In this document: one piece after another, positions 1 to 12,112 of the stretch
How positions within the stretch are numbered: the stretch's first letter is position 1
How the letters are laid out: each line of letters opens with the position of its first letter
NCBI RefSeq assembly: GCF_004010195.1
Contig: NC_057719.1
Location: forward strand, 53,954,541 to 53,996,196
Reading direction: 5' to 3'
Length of the DNA stretch: 41,656 nucleotides
Source: Chiloscyllium plagiosum
Taxonomy: Eukaryota
The notes under the pieces: generated by a model
What the model was told of the DNA's origin: nothing
What the model saw: the letters and a program-made list of their open reading frames with translations, nothing else
The model's database searches: none
Translations under genes and position numbers: made by a program

Positions 1-156
1 GTTTTTTTTTCTTTCTCGGTATTTTTCTTTTGTTAAATTTTGGTTATTATTTATTTAAGATTTAATTGTATATCAATGTTTGTACTTGAGAGTTATGTTT
101 ATTTTTGTAAACTTGTAAAAATGTTAAATTTCTAATAAAAATATCTATTAAAAAAA
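1..156 (+). mobile_element. 3' tail of a polyadenylated non-LTR retrotransposon (L1/Tx1-like)
   Basis: T-rich tract ending in AATAAA (~134-139) followed by an A-run; it abuts and truncates the CR1 fragment that follows. Family assignment is inference. Confidence 0.5.
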
Positions 157-159
157 CTT

Positions 160-610
160 CCCATTATTACACTCCAGATAACTAACACTCACTTTATTTA
201 TTCTTTTCATTTTCAGGTACCTGTAGAAGCTCTGACTGTCTATTTTGATATTTCTGTCCAGTTTCTTCTCAGAATTTATTTTTTGTCTCCTGATTAGATT
301 TTTAATCATTGTCATTTTTAAATTCAGACCAATCATCAGATCTGCCATTGATCTTTGTGCACTTATTATACTTTCCTTAAGTTTGATGCTCTTTTCAACT
401 TTCTTTTAGTTAACGACGGATGGTGGACCCTCCCCTTGGCATATTTATTCATTGCCCAATTAACCTTATTCTGAAATATCTCCTAAAACATCTGCCACTG
501 ATTCTGAATTGATCTATCTCCAAGCCTAGTTTCCCAGTCAACCAGAAAATGCAGCTTTCATGCCCATATTGTTGTCCTTATTTTATGTTTGAAATATTTG
601 CCTTACATAC
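160..610 (-). mobile_element. Decayed CR1 LINE ORF2 fragment (endonuclease-RT linker)
   Basis: Minus ORF 148-348 KINSEKKLDRNIKIDSQSFYRYLKMKRINKVSVSYLE matches the CR1 ORF2 linker pattern (E.KLA.NIK.DSKSFY.YIK.KR..K..VGPL). Confidence 0.75.
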
Positions 611-1869
611 ATCTTCCAACCTGCATCCTCAGGGAAATAATGCATCAAAACTTCAATTCCCCTTCTTGATGTTGTTCGGTGTAATGGATATAAAAAGGTA
701 ATCTATAATTTCCACCCACGTTAATGTATAACACAGTCACAGAGGTGGGCCACAAGCAGTTTGAACAATTGAATGGAGTCTGGTTAGCATTCTGTCCAAA
801 ACTCCTTATGAAGACACAGAAGTCTTACCAACCTCTTTCTAATGATAGTCAATATGCCTAAAATTAATATAACCTGCTTGCAGTTGAAGATATAATAAGT
901 TGCATCACATTATATAAATCATAAACCTCTCCTGCTTAGACTTGTATGTGCTGCATCCTTCACCACAGACTATTAGAAAAAGCCCAGACTAGCGTAGAAG
1001 AAAGAATTGGAGGCATCACTCGGTCCCAAGCACAAATTGATTGTATCAAGCGTTTCAATCATGGTTATCAATCTTGCAACATTGTTTTCATGCAACAGAT
1101 CATAGAAAGCTCATAAATGAAGGATGTGATTAAACTTGCATACAGATGTTCAAAGTTCAGTTCCTATTGTATTTAGTACTGAAAGCAGAATCATTGGTCC
1201 TTTGTAATTTTGGGATGCAAGTTATAAGGCCACAATATATTACTATGACCTGTGTTTTCATTATAAACCAAGGCAATGCACGTGGAGAAAGAGAGCGAGA
1301 GAGAGAGATACAGAAAAACAGTGGTCAGGAAGGAGACATTCCTTGCCCTTTTCGTCCAAACAGCAATATTGGTGACAGACCAGAAAAAGAAATCCATCAT
1401 TTTTTTGTTAACTCGACTTCAACTCCTATTTCTGTTCCACTTGGTCTATGAATACAAACTGATGGCATGATTTAAAAACAGCTGAATATGGCGGGCTGTG
1501 CATCATAAACATATCTGTAGCATTACTGGAAAGATAAGCAGGAATCCAAGCCTCATGGTCTGTTTAGAATTCATTGCCCAATTATTATTGACAAGACTAA
1601 TGTGGTAAAATCTTATTGCGCCCATGAAACTCGACATCAGATCCTAAATAAATGTTTTAATTATTTAGTTAAGCCTTGAGAGTGCCAAATGTGTGATTTT
1701 CCAACATTTCTCAAAGGTGAATGTTGGAAAATGGTGTCCACTGAGAGGTTGAATCTGTGTGTCAAAGTTTCCAATTGATGTCTGCTGTTGAGAGGTGATC
1801 ACAAAATCAAGCCGAATTTCTGTTTTGGTTTAATCGGAAGTACATTCCTCAGATCATAAATGCATACAA

Positions 1870-2400
1870 TACAGAATTTATTGTGCCAGGGCTTCCTCTT
1901 TGAATTCGTCCCATGTCCTTGCTGTTTACAAATAGAGTTGCATTTCTTTCTCTATTTAATGCAGGGATCCAATTCCCTTTTGAAAGTTACTAACGCTGTT
2001 TCTGTCAATACGTTTCAAGTTAAAGTAACTTCACACGGATAACATTGATTCTCATCTCCCTGACACTTTTGCCAATTATTTGAAATCTGTGTCTTTGATA
2101 GCTGCTGGAAATATTTTCACCCAATATTCTCTGTCTGAATACCTCGTAATTTTGAATAGTTGTATTAAAATTCCTTCAGCTTTAAGGAGAAAACTTATGG
2201 CTTCTTTGGTCAATCACATAATTAAAAACCCAGAACTGTCACACCATTTCCACATACATTCTCTGCTTCCTCTCCAAGATCTTTTCAAAAGTGAAGTGCC
2301 CAAAATTGGACAAAATGAGCTGCATTTTACTGGAAATCAGTGGAGTGTTAATTTTGACGAGTTGCATGTAGGGTTTCTCTCTGTGAGCCCTAGTAAAATT
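1870..2400 (-). mobile_element. Old, highly diverged CR1 3' fragment
   Basis: Reads as a degenerate reverse complement of the CR1 ORF2 C-terminus seen in younger copies in this window. Confidence 0.55.
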
Positions 2401-2979
2401 TCTCAAAATATTTTCAAAACTCAGCTTATTAGCTATGCACCATGGAACTCTACTCATCACAGGCTGCAGTGCTCACCATTTCCAGGATCTATGAGGATCC
2501 CTGGAGCTGTGCTATCTTAAATGCCTAGTTGTGCATCCGATCAAGCACTGGTGACCTGGAGTTGGTCTTAATGAGCACATAGTGAAAGGGGAAGCAAAAA
2601 TCAACACTTCTCAGCGCTGATACATGGCACAGCTGACAGTTCATTGCAAATACAAATGCACATTCATAAACCTATAACTATTTAAGAACAAAGCCACATT
2701 GCTTATTATTCTTAACATCATGACATTTCAGCACATTGCCTAAGGGTGTTACGCTTTCTGTCTAGTGCTTGTTGGAGACCAACGTAATCTCATTGATCAA
2801 GATGGGAGTATCACATATTGGACAGCCTTCAAACAATTGAGAATATTTACTTCTGTTTGTTAACAGCAAAAACAAATGAACTGAAGTTGTATTTGCCTCA
2901 GAACAGAAATGGACTGCTTGCCTTTTGTGCAACAACAAATTTACAGTCAATGTGTGATCACTGCATCCAGTGGAACTGG

Positions 2980-4600
2980 TTGTGAATTTAGTCTTGCCTG
3001 GCTTGTTGTGCTTGGGCTGCATCACTGCATTATGGAGAAGGTGATGTTCCTCTTGCTCAATGTCCTCATCTTTCTTGTCAAAAGACTGCTGTTGTTAGCC
3101 CAGCTGTTCAGAGTCCATAGCAATCCCTTTTGCCTGCTCCAGTTTTGCAGAGTATAACATGAAACGATCACATTCTGTCTGGACTATATGGCAAGAATGT
3201 CCCCAAGCATTGGAACCTCATCATTGTCAGGCATATTATGTGCTGTATAATAGCACAGGTCAAAGAATGGGTTCAATTACATCCAGAATCAGCCTCAGTC
3301 CAGAGATTAGGGAACAGAATAATCTGTCATGGTCCTGCGTTCCAGCAAGGCATCCAGTATTTGAAATGAAGAGTTCTCAAGGATATAGGCATCGAGGGTA
3401 CCTGGCGCAGACCACTAAAATTATTTTATCATTGACCACACACTGATCACACAGTGAAGAAGGTGTTTGGTATGCTTGCCTTTATTGGTCAGTGCATTGA
3501 TTAAAAGAGTTGGGAGGCCATGTTGCATCTGTACAGGACATTGGTTCGACTACTTCTGGAATAATATGTTCAATTCTGGTCGCCCTCCAGTAGGAAACAT
3601 GTTGTGAAATTTAAAAGAATGCAGAAAAGATTTACAAGGCTGTTGCCAGGTTTGGAGGGTTTGAGCTATAAGGGGAGGCTGAGTAGACTGTGACTTTATA
3701 GAGGTTTATAAGATCATGAAGGGCGTGGATAAGATAAATAGACAAGGTACTTTCCCTGTTGTGAGGGAGTCCAAAACTAGAGAGCACAGGTTTAGGGTGA
3801 GAGGGGAAAGATATAAAAGGGACCTAAAGGGTGACCTTTTCGCACAGAAGGAGGTACGTGCATGGAATGAACTGCCAGAGAAAGTGGTGGAAGCTGGTAC
3901 GATTATAACATTTAATATGCATCTGGATGGGTACATGAATAGGAAGGGTTTAGAGGGATACAGGCCAAATGCTGACAAATGGGACAAGATTTATATGGGA
4001 TATCTGGTTCACTTGGATGAGTTGGACCTAAAGGTCTGTTTCCATGCAGTACATCTCTAGGACTCTATAACTTGCACATTGATGCGATGGAGCACTTTTC
4101 TATCAGTGAACTCAGCTGCATTATAATATGAAATTCTCAGTGCAAAATTGGGACAGTCTAATCCATCCTACACTTAGGGGAAGCCAGCAATGATGCCAAA
4201 GCTTCAGCTACAGCACTAACCTTGTCAAGTTTTATGAGATAAAGTGGTCTGATTTGGCATAAATTGCCTCGATAAAAGCTTTAATAATTGGCGTATCGAG
4301 GATTGAAAGATCACAGATGGATGCCAAGTGGATCCTTGGAAGCAGCCAGTTGCATGAAACACAACACAGCTGTCACCTTGATGGCCACCTGGATTGGATG
4401 CCTACTCATCCCTTCAGGTCACACGCCCCACACGAACAGTTGGCATAATTCTGTGATAATTTCCTGAGACATTCTTAGTCTACAGTGACACTGGATCTTT
4501 CTTGTCTGTAGGAAATGGCATTGAAGATCATAGACTTTGGGTAGCTGCTGAATATTGAGGGGAGTCCAAATATGAAATCTTCATTTGGAGGCAGTTCATC
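2980..4600 (-). pseudogene. PIF/Harbinger (HARBI1-type DDE) transposase relic, split by a CR1 insertion
   Basis: Manual minus translation across frameshifts gives QCHCRLRMSQEIITELCQL, HPIQVAIKVTAVLCF.ATGCFQGST, FGIIAGFP, LDCPN, DRKVLHRINVQ | CR1 | VVCARYP, THSLTCAIIQHIICLTMMRFQCL, YSPDR..VIVSCYTLQNW and an acidic tail. These follow HARBI1 motif order, with many stops. Confidence 0.8.
3453..4068 (+). mobile_element. 5'-truncated CR1 (HER1-like) LINE 3' end with internal deletion
   Basis: ORF 3716-4060 (KTREHRFRVRGERYKRDLKG..VRAWNELPEKVVEAGTI..F..HLD) is the CR1 ORF2 C-terminus; it ends in a gactctat-type tail. Confidence 0.93.
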
Positions 4601-5169
4601 ATCTCCTCGAGATTGCTGCTGATCTTGGGCTCCCTGGCACATCTAGTGATCCTCCATTTCTCTGTGCCTTCATTACATCACAAGAACAGCAGTAATAAAT
4701 CCTACTGTGACTGGATGCAATGGTCATAGTACCAATGAACCAGTGTGTGGAATATCAAAAACAGAATAGGTCTGTAGTAATGTGAGGAGTCAGCACTCAC
4801 ATCACACGCAAATGATATATTAGTGTAATCCTCCATGCAATGGGAAATGACACTGACAAGCAGTGCCATGGAACATCTCTAGATGGACATTTGATATAGG
4901 CAGTTTACTCCAATTAATGCAGCACAAGTCATGCTCTGCCAAGACAGGAGAAAATTGAAAGTGTTGTATGATTACTGATACTGATATCTACAACCCATTC
5001 TTCCTTTTCCACATTACTCAAGAAGGTAATAACGCAGATAAGAGCATGTTGGTAAATATTTGGAGTTCAAGGCGAGAGGAAATCAGCTGTTCACCCTTGT
5101 GCAGTCTATCACATCTTTGTTCTTGTGAATTGTAGCTGGACACTACACGCATTTAAAGTGCAGGATTAC

Positions 5170-5840
5170 ATACATTGGTCTAGAAGCAGAAGTAGGTTAT
5201 TCGATGCATTGAGTTTGCGCCACTCTTCAATGAGACATGGCTGATCTGATAGTCCTCAGTTAGAATTTCTTATCTTTTCCCTATAATGCTTGATTGTCTT
5301 TTTGATAAAAAAAAATCTGTCTAACTTAGCCTTAACAATCCAGCTTCTACAGGCCTTTTGCAAAACTTTGTTCTGAGATTATGCCCTCTGGTCTGAGGCT
5401 ATCCTACAAGGAGAAACAATCTCTCAAAAACCATTCCGTCAATTCCACAAAGAATCTTGTATGATTCAATCAGCTTGCTTCTCATTCTTCGACGTTCCAA
5501 TTGATCCAGACCAATCTACTCCACCTCTCTTTTAAGACAATCCATCCATACCCAGTGCTGGCCTATTGAATCTTTTCTAGACTGCCCTTCCATACCAGTA
5601 CATCTTTCCTTAAAATAATAAGATCAAAACTGTTCAAGGTATTACAGCTGTGATCTAGCCTTGGACAGTTTTAACAAAGTTTCCCTATTTTTATGCTCCA
5701 TTCCCTTTGAAATAAAGGTCAGCATTCTATTTACATTCCTTTCCTAATACTGTCTGAACTTGAATGCGAGCTTTATTTGATACATGCACGAAGACCTCAG
5801 AAACCCTTTGTTCTTTCCATTTTTGCATTCTCTCTCCAAT
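5170..5840 (-). mobile_element. Diverged CR1 3' fragment (different subfamily)
   Basis: Reverse complement of a CR1 3' end starting at tagaagcagaagtagg and continuing into ORF2 C-terminus-like sequence. Confidence 0.75.
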
Positions 5841-5995
5841 AATAAGTTAAGGGTGGATTCCAATATCAGTCCAGGAGTTTAAATGTGGTCATTTGGTCTT
5901 CTGGGGTGGATGGAGTCAGGGATGTATACATCTACAGTTCAGGCAGTAGACCACAGTGAAGCTAGTTGGTTTAGTGCAACTGACCCAGGGGGTTT

Positions 5996-6356
5996 CTTTT
6001 TACTTCATTCATTGGATGAGGGTGTTGCAGGCTAGGTCAGCATTTGTTGCCCAACTGTAATTGCCCAGGGGGCAGTTAAAAGTCAACCACATTGCAGTGG
6101 GTCTGGAGTCACATGTAGGGCTACGCCAGGTAAGGATGGCAGTTTCTTTCCCTCAAAGGACATTTGTGAAGCAGATGAGTTTTTACAGGAATTGATAATG
6201 GATTCATGGTCATCATTAGGATCTTAATTCCAGATGCTTGTTGACTTCAAAGTTCACCATTTGCCATGGCAGGATTCAAATCCAGGTCCCCAGGATAGTA
6301 GATGCATCACTGGATTAACAGTCCAGCCATAATACAATTAGACCATTGCCTTCCCA
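5996..6356 (-). mobile_element. tRNA-derived SINE with L2-type tail (SacSINE1/Deu-SINE-like)
   Basis: Minus-strand head with A-box-like tggtctaattgta and B-box-like gatttgaatcc, body gtgactccagacccactgcaatgtggttgac, and tail gggcaattacagttgggcaacaaatgctgacc...aatgaatgaa. Confidence 0.75.
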
Positions 6357-6879
6357 AGAGTTGTGGTCGGTCAGTTGGCAGCTGCACACAGATCATTCAA
6401 GAGTCCAGGTACACATCAGTTGGAGCTGTCCATTAAAGTTGGCCAGTGAGGGTGGGTGCGAGGGCCATAGTCAGTCTTGGGGCTCAGCTCAGTGAAAACC
6501 AAAGGTTGTTATCAGGATCCACTCTTTTGGAGGAAAACTGAGAACTTAATTGCGGGCATAGGAATGTAGAAGGGACAATCATTGTGAAGGTGACAAACCT
6601 ATTGTATCATGGGGTCAAATGATAGTGCACTGGAGAACAGGGGAAAGTGGGGTCCTTGACAGTCAGTCTGGCCTCAAGTGGGTGGGGGTGGGTGACAGGA
6701 AATATGATGGTTAAGCAATAGGGTCAGGTCTCAAGGGGCTGTGTTGAGAGATGAAGTCTTATTTCAAAGAGGTGGGTGGCAATGTAGCCATGCAGTAAAA
6801 TGGGCATTCGCTAGGTTGAGGACTGTTCAGCAGTAATGCAAGTAACCTGTTTGCTTGACTGCGCTAATTGGCACAGCAA

Positions 6880-6975
6880 GTCCCGAAGAAGTGTCCTGCC
6901 CATAATGTTGACTCTCTTGTTCCTCGGATGCTGCCTGACTTGCTGTGCCTTTTCCAGTGCCACACTTTATCAACT
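6880..6975 (+). mobile_element. 96-bp Penelope 3'-end unit flanked by a 16-bp target-site duplication
   Basis: Exact repeat ctaattggcacagcaa at 6864-6879 and 6976-6991. The insert is homologous to the units at 14524-14872 and 32482-32598 (cctcggatgctgcctgacttgctgtgc). Confidence 0.8.
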
Positions 6976-6987
6976 CTAATTGGCACA

Positions 6988-7009
6988 GCAAAACAAAACA
7001 AAACAAAAC
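6988..7009. repeat. (AAAAC)n microsatellite
   Basis: gcaaaacaaaacaaaacaaaac seen directly. Confidence 0.85.
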
Positions 7010-8044
7010 CAGGTGGGATGCTGTGAGCATGCAGGTAAGTGCGAAGTGAGCAGGCGCTAAAGAATAAGTTGCCATCCCTGAGAGGCAACCTGTTCCAGTC
7101 TGCAAGCCGCTCATCATTGTGCATAATGTGCTCCCTATGCTTCCAGAGCTAACTGTCAACACTGAGAGAAATGCTAAGGTGGTCATGGGTTGAGAAATGC
7201 GAAGGGTTGGTTTGTTCTGGAAGTCAATGTCCATGGATGAGGAGTGTGTTCGGCCTGTGGCCATAGATTATGTCCTGAGGTGTTGCTGCCCGGTCTCCAA
7301 CATGGGCACCATTCTGAGCAACTGGTAAGATCAACCTATCAGGCACATGCTCTGGTTTCCTTGTCAAGTTTTCTTGATGTCTTACTTGTTTGGGAAATGT
7401 GGTAAGATGAGAGTCTGAATATTAATGAAGTGAGTTGTGGTGTTAACAACGTGTTTAGCATGTAATAAGGAGCATCAATTGGCATCTCATCAACTTTGAG
7501 CAAGCATCTCACCACACCATTTGTGAAAAGCATAAAAGATGGAATATTCTGATCTCAATGTTGTGATGGGCCCCACCCCTGCACTGGTTGCCTAATTTTG
7601 CCACACACCTTGTCATAATCCACTATGCTCCGACCCCTTTAAGATATCAACCTACATTTATTGCAGTCTCTTGTTTACAATCTCCCACGTGGAAAGCCTG
7701 TAGTGTTCTGATTGGATTTGATGACTAAATGTTGAAGTGAGGATCTTCTCAAGCAAACAGTTCCCCAGTTTGTGAGAATTCTTGTAGCTGAATAGCCTGA
7801 AGCTTTGGCCTCAAGAAATATTTTACAGAAATGGGTTAAATACTTTCCTGCTTGAAGTGTGCATGACTGAATTTTGAGACAAGACGTTGTCTGAAACTCA
7901 AATGCAAAAGACCACATGATTTGCAATCACCATTGTAACAGGTTGTGTGTTCAACTTGTAATGCATTACCTAAAAGTTCACAATATAATGATCCTATATT
8001 GAGCATGACAGTCTATTGTCTTCTGTTGCTTATGATGAGGAGCT

Positions 8045-8458
8045 GCTGGTGTTGGACTGAAGTAGGCAAGGTTAAAAATCACACAATACCAGGTTTTAGT
8101 TCAACAGGTTTATTTGGAAGTACCAGCTTTCGGATCGCTGCCCCTTCATCAGGGTTAAAAATCACACAACACCAGATGATAGTCCAACAGGTTTATTTTT
8201 CTTTCAAGAAGTTCTGGGATTTACATATTAATGAACCGAAATCTGCAACACATTCTAAAAGAGGAAAGACTTGACAGTAATCTAGGTTTGTTCAATATAT
8301 CGTTTCAGTTGCATGACATTGTAATCTTGTGTTTTATAAATCCTGTGTCTTATGGCCCTAATCCACAGCTACCTGATGAAGGAGCGGCACTCCGAAAGCT
8401 AGTGCTTCCAAATAAACCTGTTGGACTATAACCTGGTGTTGTCTGATTTTTAACTTTG
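8045..8458. mobile_element. Penelope-type terminal-repeat composite with inverted arms
   Basis: Arm 8067-8153 is the reverse complement of arm 8372-8458, with a partial third copy at 8154-8195. A related single copy lies at 38625-38748. Confidence 0.75.
8373..8408 (+). ncRNA. Minimal hammerhead-ribozyme-like core
   Basis: CUGAUGA-A-GGAG(cggca)CUCC-GAAA-GC(uagu)GC-UU: both conserved boxes, stem II and a short stem III are present; stem I is not evident. Confidence 0.55.
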
Positions 8459-10409
8459 TTGCTTGTGTTAATGTTCTCTCTTCGATTGGAAACATTAGTT
8501 AGGTGAGCTATAATTATTATATGTTGTTACACTTTATTTCAACCTTCTTTTGGGTGACACTGAATATTTGAGTACATTTGGGGTTAACTTGGAACAATTG
8601 TTCATAATTTTGTAACTGTTTTGCTGAATTGTGGAAATCTTCATTGTGTTGATTCCTTTGTGGTGCATTTCACACTTCCCATGTTAGCATGTTCGTCTTT
8701 ATGTTTGGAATCACTTTTTAGTATTCGATTCCCCAGTTCACTACACTTCGTATTCATTCATACAGTATTTCAGCATTGAAGTGAAGGAGATTAAATAGGG
8801 TGCACATTTTATTACATTCATTTCAGGCTGGCTACAGAAAGCTTGAAATTGGTATTCTTGATAGGATTAGGTCTGGTTGAATGTGTTTCAGTAGGTTTCT
8901 CACATGACCTCCCTTCCCACTGCTCTACCACATGCTCTTATAGAGATGATGCGACGGCTGCATCCTTGTGATAACAATTGTGAAATGAATAGACTCTTTA
9001 CTGATTAGATGAACCTTGGCTGTCAAACAGGCCTCTTTCTCTCATTCCAATATCTCTGTTTTCAGAGGAGTACACACTGAAAACCTATATAATCTGACAC
9101 CACATTCAGGCAGACCTACAGCTTAGAGCAGACTGAGAATGACACAGCCAGTAACTGCAAAGGTGACTGTGGCAATCTTTCACATCAGAGTCCTTCCAGG
9201 TTTGAGCAGGTGACATCTCTTATCATCATTCCCACTTTGACACCTAATACTTTGGAATGGACATGACTCATGTGCCTTATGCTCAAATAGGAAATACATT
9301 TGGCTTTCTGACCAGAGAAAAGCAGGGAAGGACAGTTGTGTTTTGTCACTGACACCAATCACACAAAGTGGATTTGAAGTGATAAAACTATATACCAACA
9401 ATATCTGAGACTCTAGTTAATATATCTGTTATCTAGGATTAGGTTGCACTGAGAGCTACTCCTCTAAGCTAGAACGCTATTATATGCAAATCTTGTTTAA
9501 CTTGTTGGCATTTTATAACTAAAGGCTTTATGGAACGTGCCATGTGTTTCCACCATGTCAATGGTCCTGGGTAATGTGATGTTGAAATAAAATGTTCAAT
9601 TTCTCACTATTCATATATTGTTCTGAAAGGTTTGCTGAAACAACTTCTTGTGTTCCTCAAGCTGGCTGAAGACGAATCTCAATGGGTGGAATCTTTCCAG
9701 CCCGTGAACAAATGAACATTGGCAAGCAAGTTGAGAAAATTTCGTGTGATGGCAGCAATGAGATTGATGACGACAAGAACAAAAAGTCTTATTTTCCAGC
9801 CAAGTGTTGAATGGTGAGATGAGATTCTCACTACTGTTTGGTGAGATACCAGTTTGCATGCATGAACATATTATTACTGAATGGAACCTAATTAATATGC
9901 AGTTTACCATTCTCCCATCCTCAGGATAGAAATTAGATGGTGACAATTCCTGACATGAAAGGAGGAGCAGTCACTTAACTTCAGCTCACCGACTCATCAC
10001 CAAATGTTAGATTTTTTTATGTGCACAGCCAGACACATTCTTAAATCCACCAGCAGCAGTGAAACATCTTCCAATATGCTTTATTTCCTGGTCTCCTTGA
10101 AGCCTGAGATAACTATAGGATTCATTATCTTTGATTACAGACACCCACTGATTGCGGTGGCTTTAAAAATCATGCAGACTCTTCTCTCTGCCAACTACTA
10201 AGAACTCTGTCACTCACTGATTTTGTCAGAAAGCCTTTAACTAGTTATAAACAAAACTTTCTCTGTCTGCTTCCTCTACGCAAAGTTAAATGCAATAACC
10301 TTGTATTTATATAGAAATATTAATTGGTTCACCTTAACCTCAATTCTTACAAGTTAAGTATAAATAGGTTGAAAGTTTACACAACAGTACATTCAACAGT
10401 ATTGTGACA

Positions 10410-10768
10410 GTCATTGAGCTGCAGTAGCCTGTCAATGCCTGCCTGTGTGTACACTCAGAGGCTGAGATGCAATCTATCATCGGCGCATTCACTGAGGCTT
10501 ATGAGAGAATGGGCCTCAGCTCCCCAGGAACACGCCAGGAACACTGGAGAATAAGCATCCCTGAAAGCACTAACCACTTTGAGCGTCACTGAATGGAACC
10601 CATGGAGGCAAGGCACAAGCAGTGGCTTGAGCACACAGAATCCAGAGAGTCTCAAACACCACCTGCTCCACCTGCGGCAGAGCTTGCAGCACCACGATTG
10701 GAGTATTGAGCCACCACAGGGAGGAGACAAGTCATCCTCAATCCCAAGGGACTGCCAAAGAAAGAAGT
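10410..10768 (+). mobile_element. Internally deleted RTE-clade LINE
   Basis: VIELQ*PVNACLCVHSEAEMQSIIGAFTEAYERMGL (decayed YADD region of an RTE RT) is joined to the C-terminus TCSTCGRACSTTIGVLSH and the tail aagtcatcctcaatcccaagggactgccaaagaaagaag. Confidence 0.8.
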
Positions 10769-10937
10769 TGCTGCCCAAGAAAACTGGACACCTCAGTAAA
10801 GTCAATATCCGAAGCGGCAAGATCAGTACAAGGTCACTGCCTTTTTGAAAGATTGATTACTCATTTGGCATTCTTTTATATTATAGTTTTGACTATTTTA
10901 TTCAACTTGAAAGCAATTAATTTCACCATCAGCCTTT

Positions 10938-12112
10938 TGTAATGTTTAATGAAATTCTGCACACTACCTGGATAGAATGAGAATAGGCCCTGTAGGATTG
11001 AGCAAAATCCCCATATTCTGAAATACTGGACCGAAATCCTGGACTTCTCAAATAACTTTTAAAAGTGAAAGAACAAGGCAGGCAACTGGGCTTGGTTCTG
11101 GGAAAATGACACAGACACAAAGATAGTTGCTTGGAACCATTGGTCTGCCTGAAGGTCCAATTCACACATTCTCTCCAAAAGAATAATCAACCAGGCCTGA
11201 ACCCCATCCAACCCAGACTGAACAGAGCCTTGGCAGATCAATGTCAATCATTATTCATGCACAGAGATACCGGATATTCCACTTCACCAAAATACATTCA
11301 CACCTACTCTTAACTATCAGGAAGCCAAGTGACCTCAAAGGGAACACTAGAAGTATAATGGCAACGCAGATTTGAGAGGAGGTAACATGACACACAGACT
11401 GTATAACTGCTAGCCCTGATCTAGGAGAGAGAGAAAGCCTTTTCCACTTGCAGAAACAGTTTCCCCACAGGCTCCAGCCCCAACAAACAGCTTCAGAACC
11501 AAGATCCACAAAGACCGAACATAGCAGCTGAATTGAAAAGATGAGCCAAGAGCATCATCGCAACAAAGGACATCCCAGAGAGGAGAGGCCAACCAAGTGC
11601 CATCTGAACAAGAGCTTCCAAACATGATCCTGTTCCAAGCCAAGAGAACCAATGGCAAAAACCTCAGCAGCTGGGGCACTTTAAAACTGTATTTTCCCCA
11701 GTGGTGAGCTGAAACTCTCAAGAGCCGAAAGTTTCCAACCTATCTAGCAGGGAGGGGAAGGCGGGTGCTGAAAGTACAAGGACCCCAACAGTAGGAAGCC
11801 TGATTAAAGTATCTATGATTAAAACTGCTGTTTAGCTTCTAGTAGTGTTTTAACCTCTGTTTAATTTGCTAGCGTATCTAATTACTGTCCTCTGTATAAT
11901 TGTGGCAATTTCACTGTTTTATCGCATTTGTCTTTTTAAATTTCTTGTATTATACTGACCTTTTTGTAGTTAAATAAACACAGAGATTCTTTTGCCCTGA
12001 AACACCAGTCGACTGCCTTCTTCATTTCACATTGCCTAAATAAGTCCAGTGTCAGAACCAAGGATCTGGAGGTGAGTCAAACCAACTAAAAATCGGCAAA
12101 TTAGTGATCACA
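10938..12112 (+). mobile_element. Candidate long solo LTR
   Basis: TGTAAT...ATCACA termini and an AATAAA near 11973; no TSD found. Confidence 0.35.

Noticed and set aside
1146..1470. Overlapping ORFs including an ERERERE peptide and a hydrophobic minus ORF
   Set aside because: Driven by a (GA)n microsatellite; no recognisable domain.
6827..7264. 145-aa minus ORF
   Set aside because: Reads through a Penelope insert and an (AAAAC)n repeat, so it is a chance composite.
7200..7400. Possible second Harbinger transposase N-terminus (PQDIIYGHRPN, minus)
   Set aside because: Similarity is too short to support.
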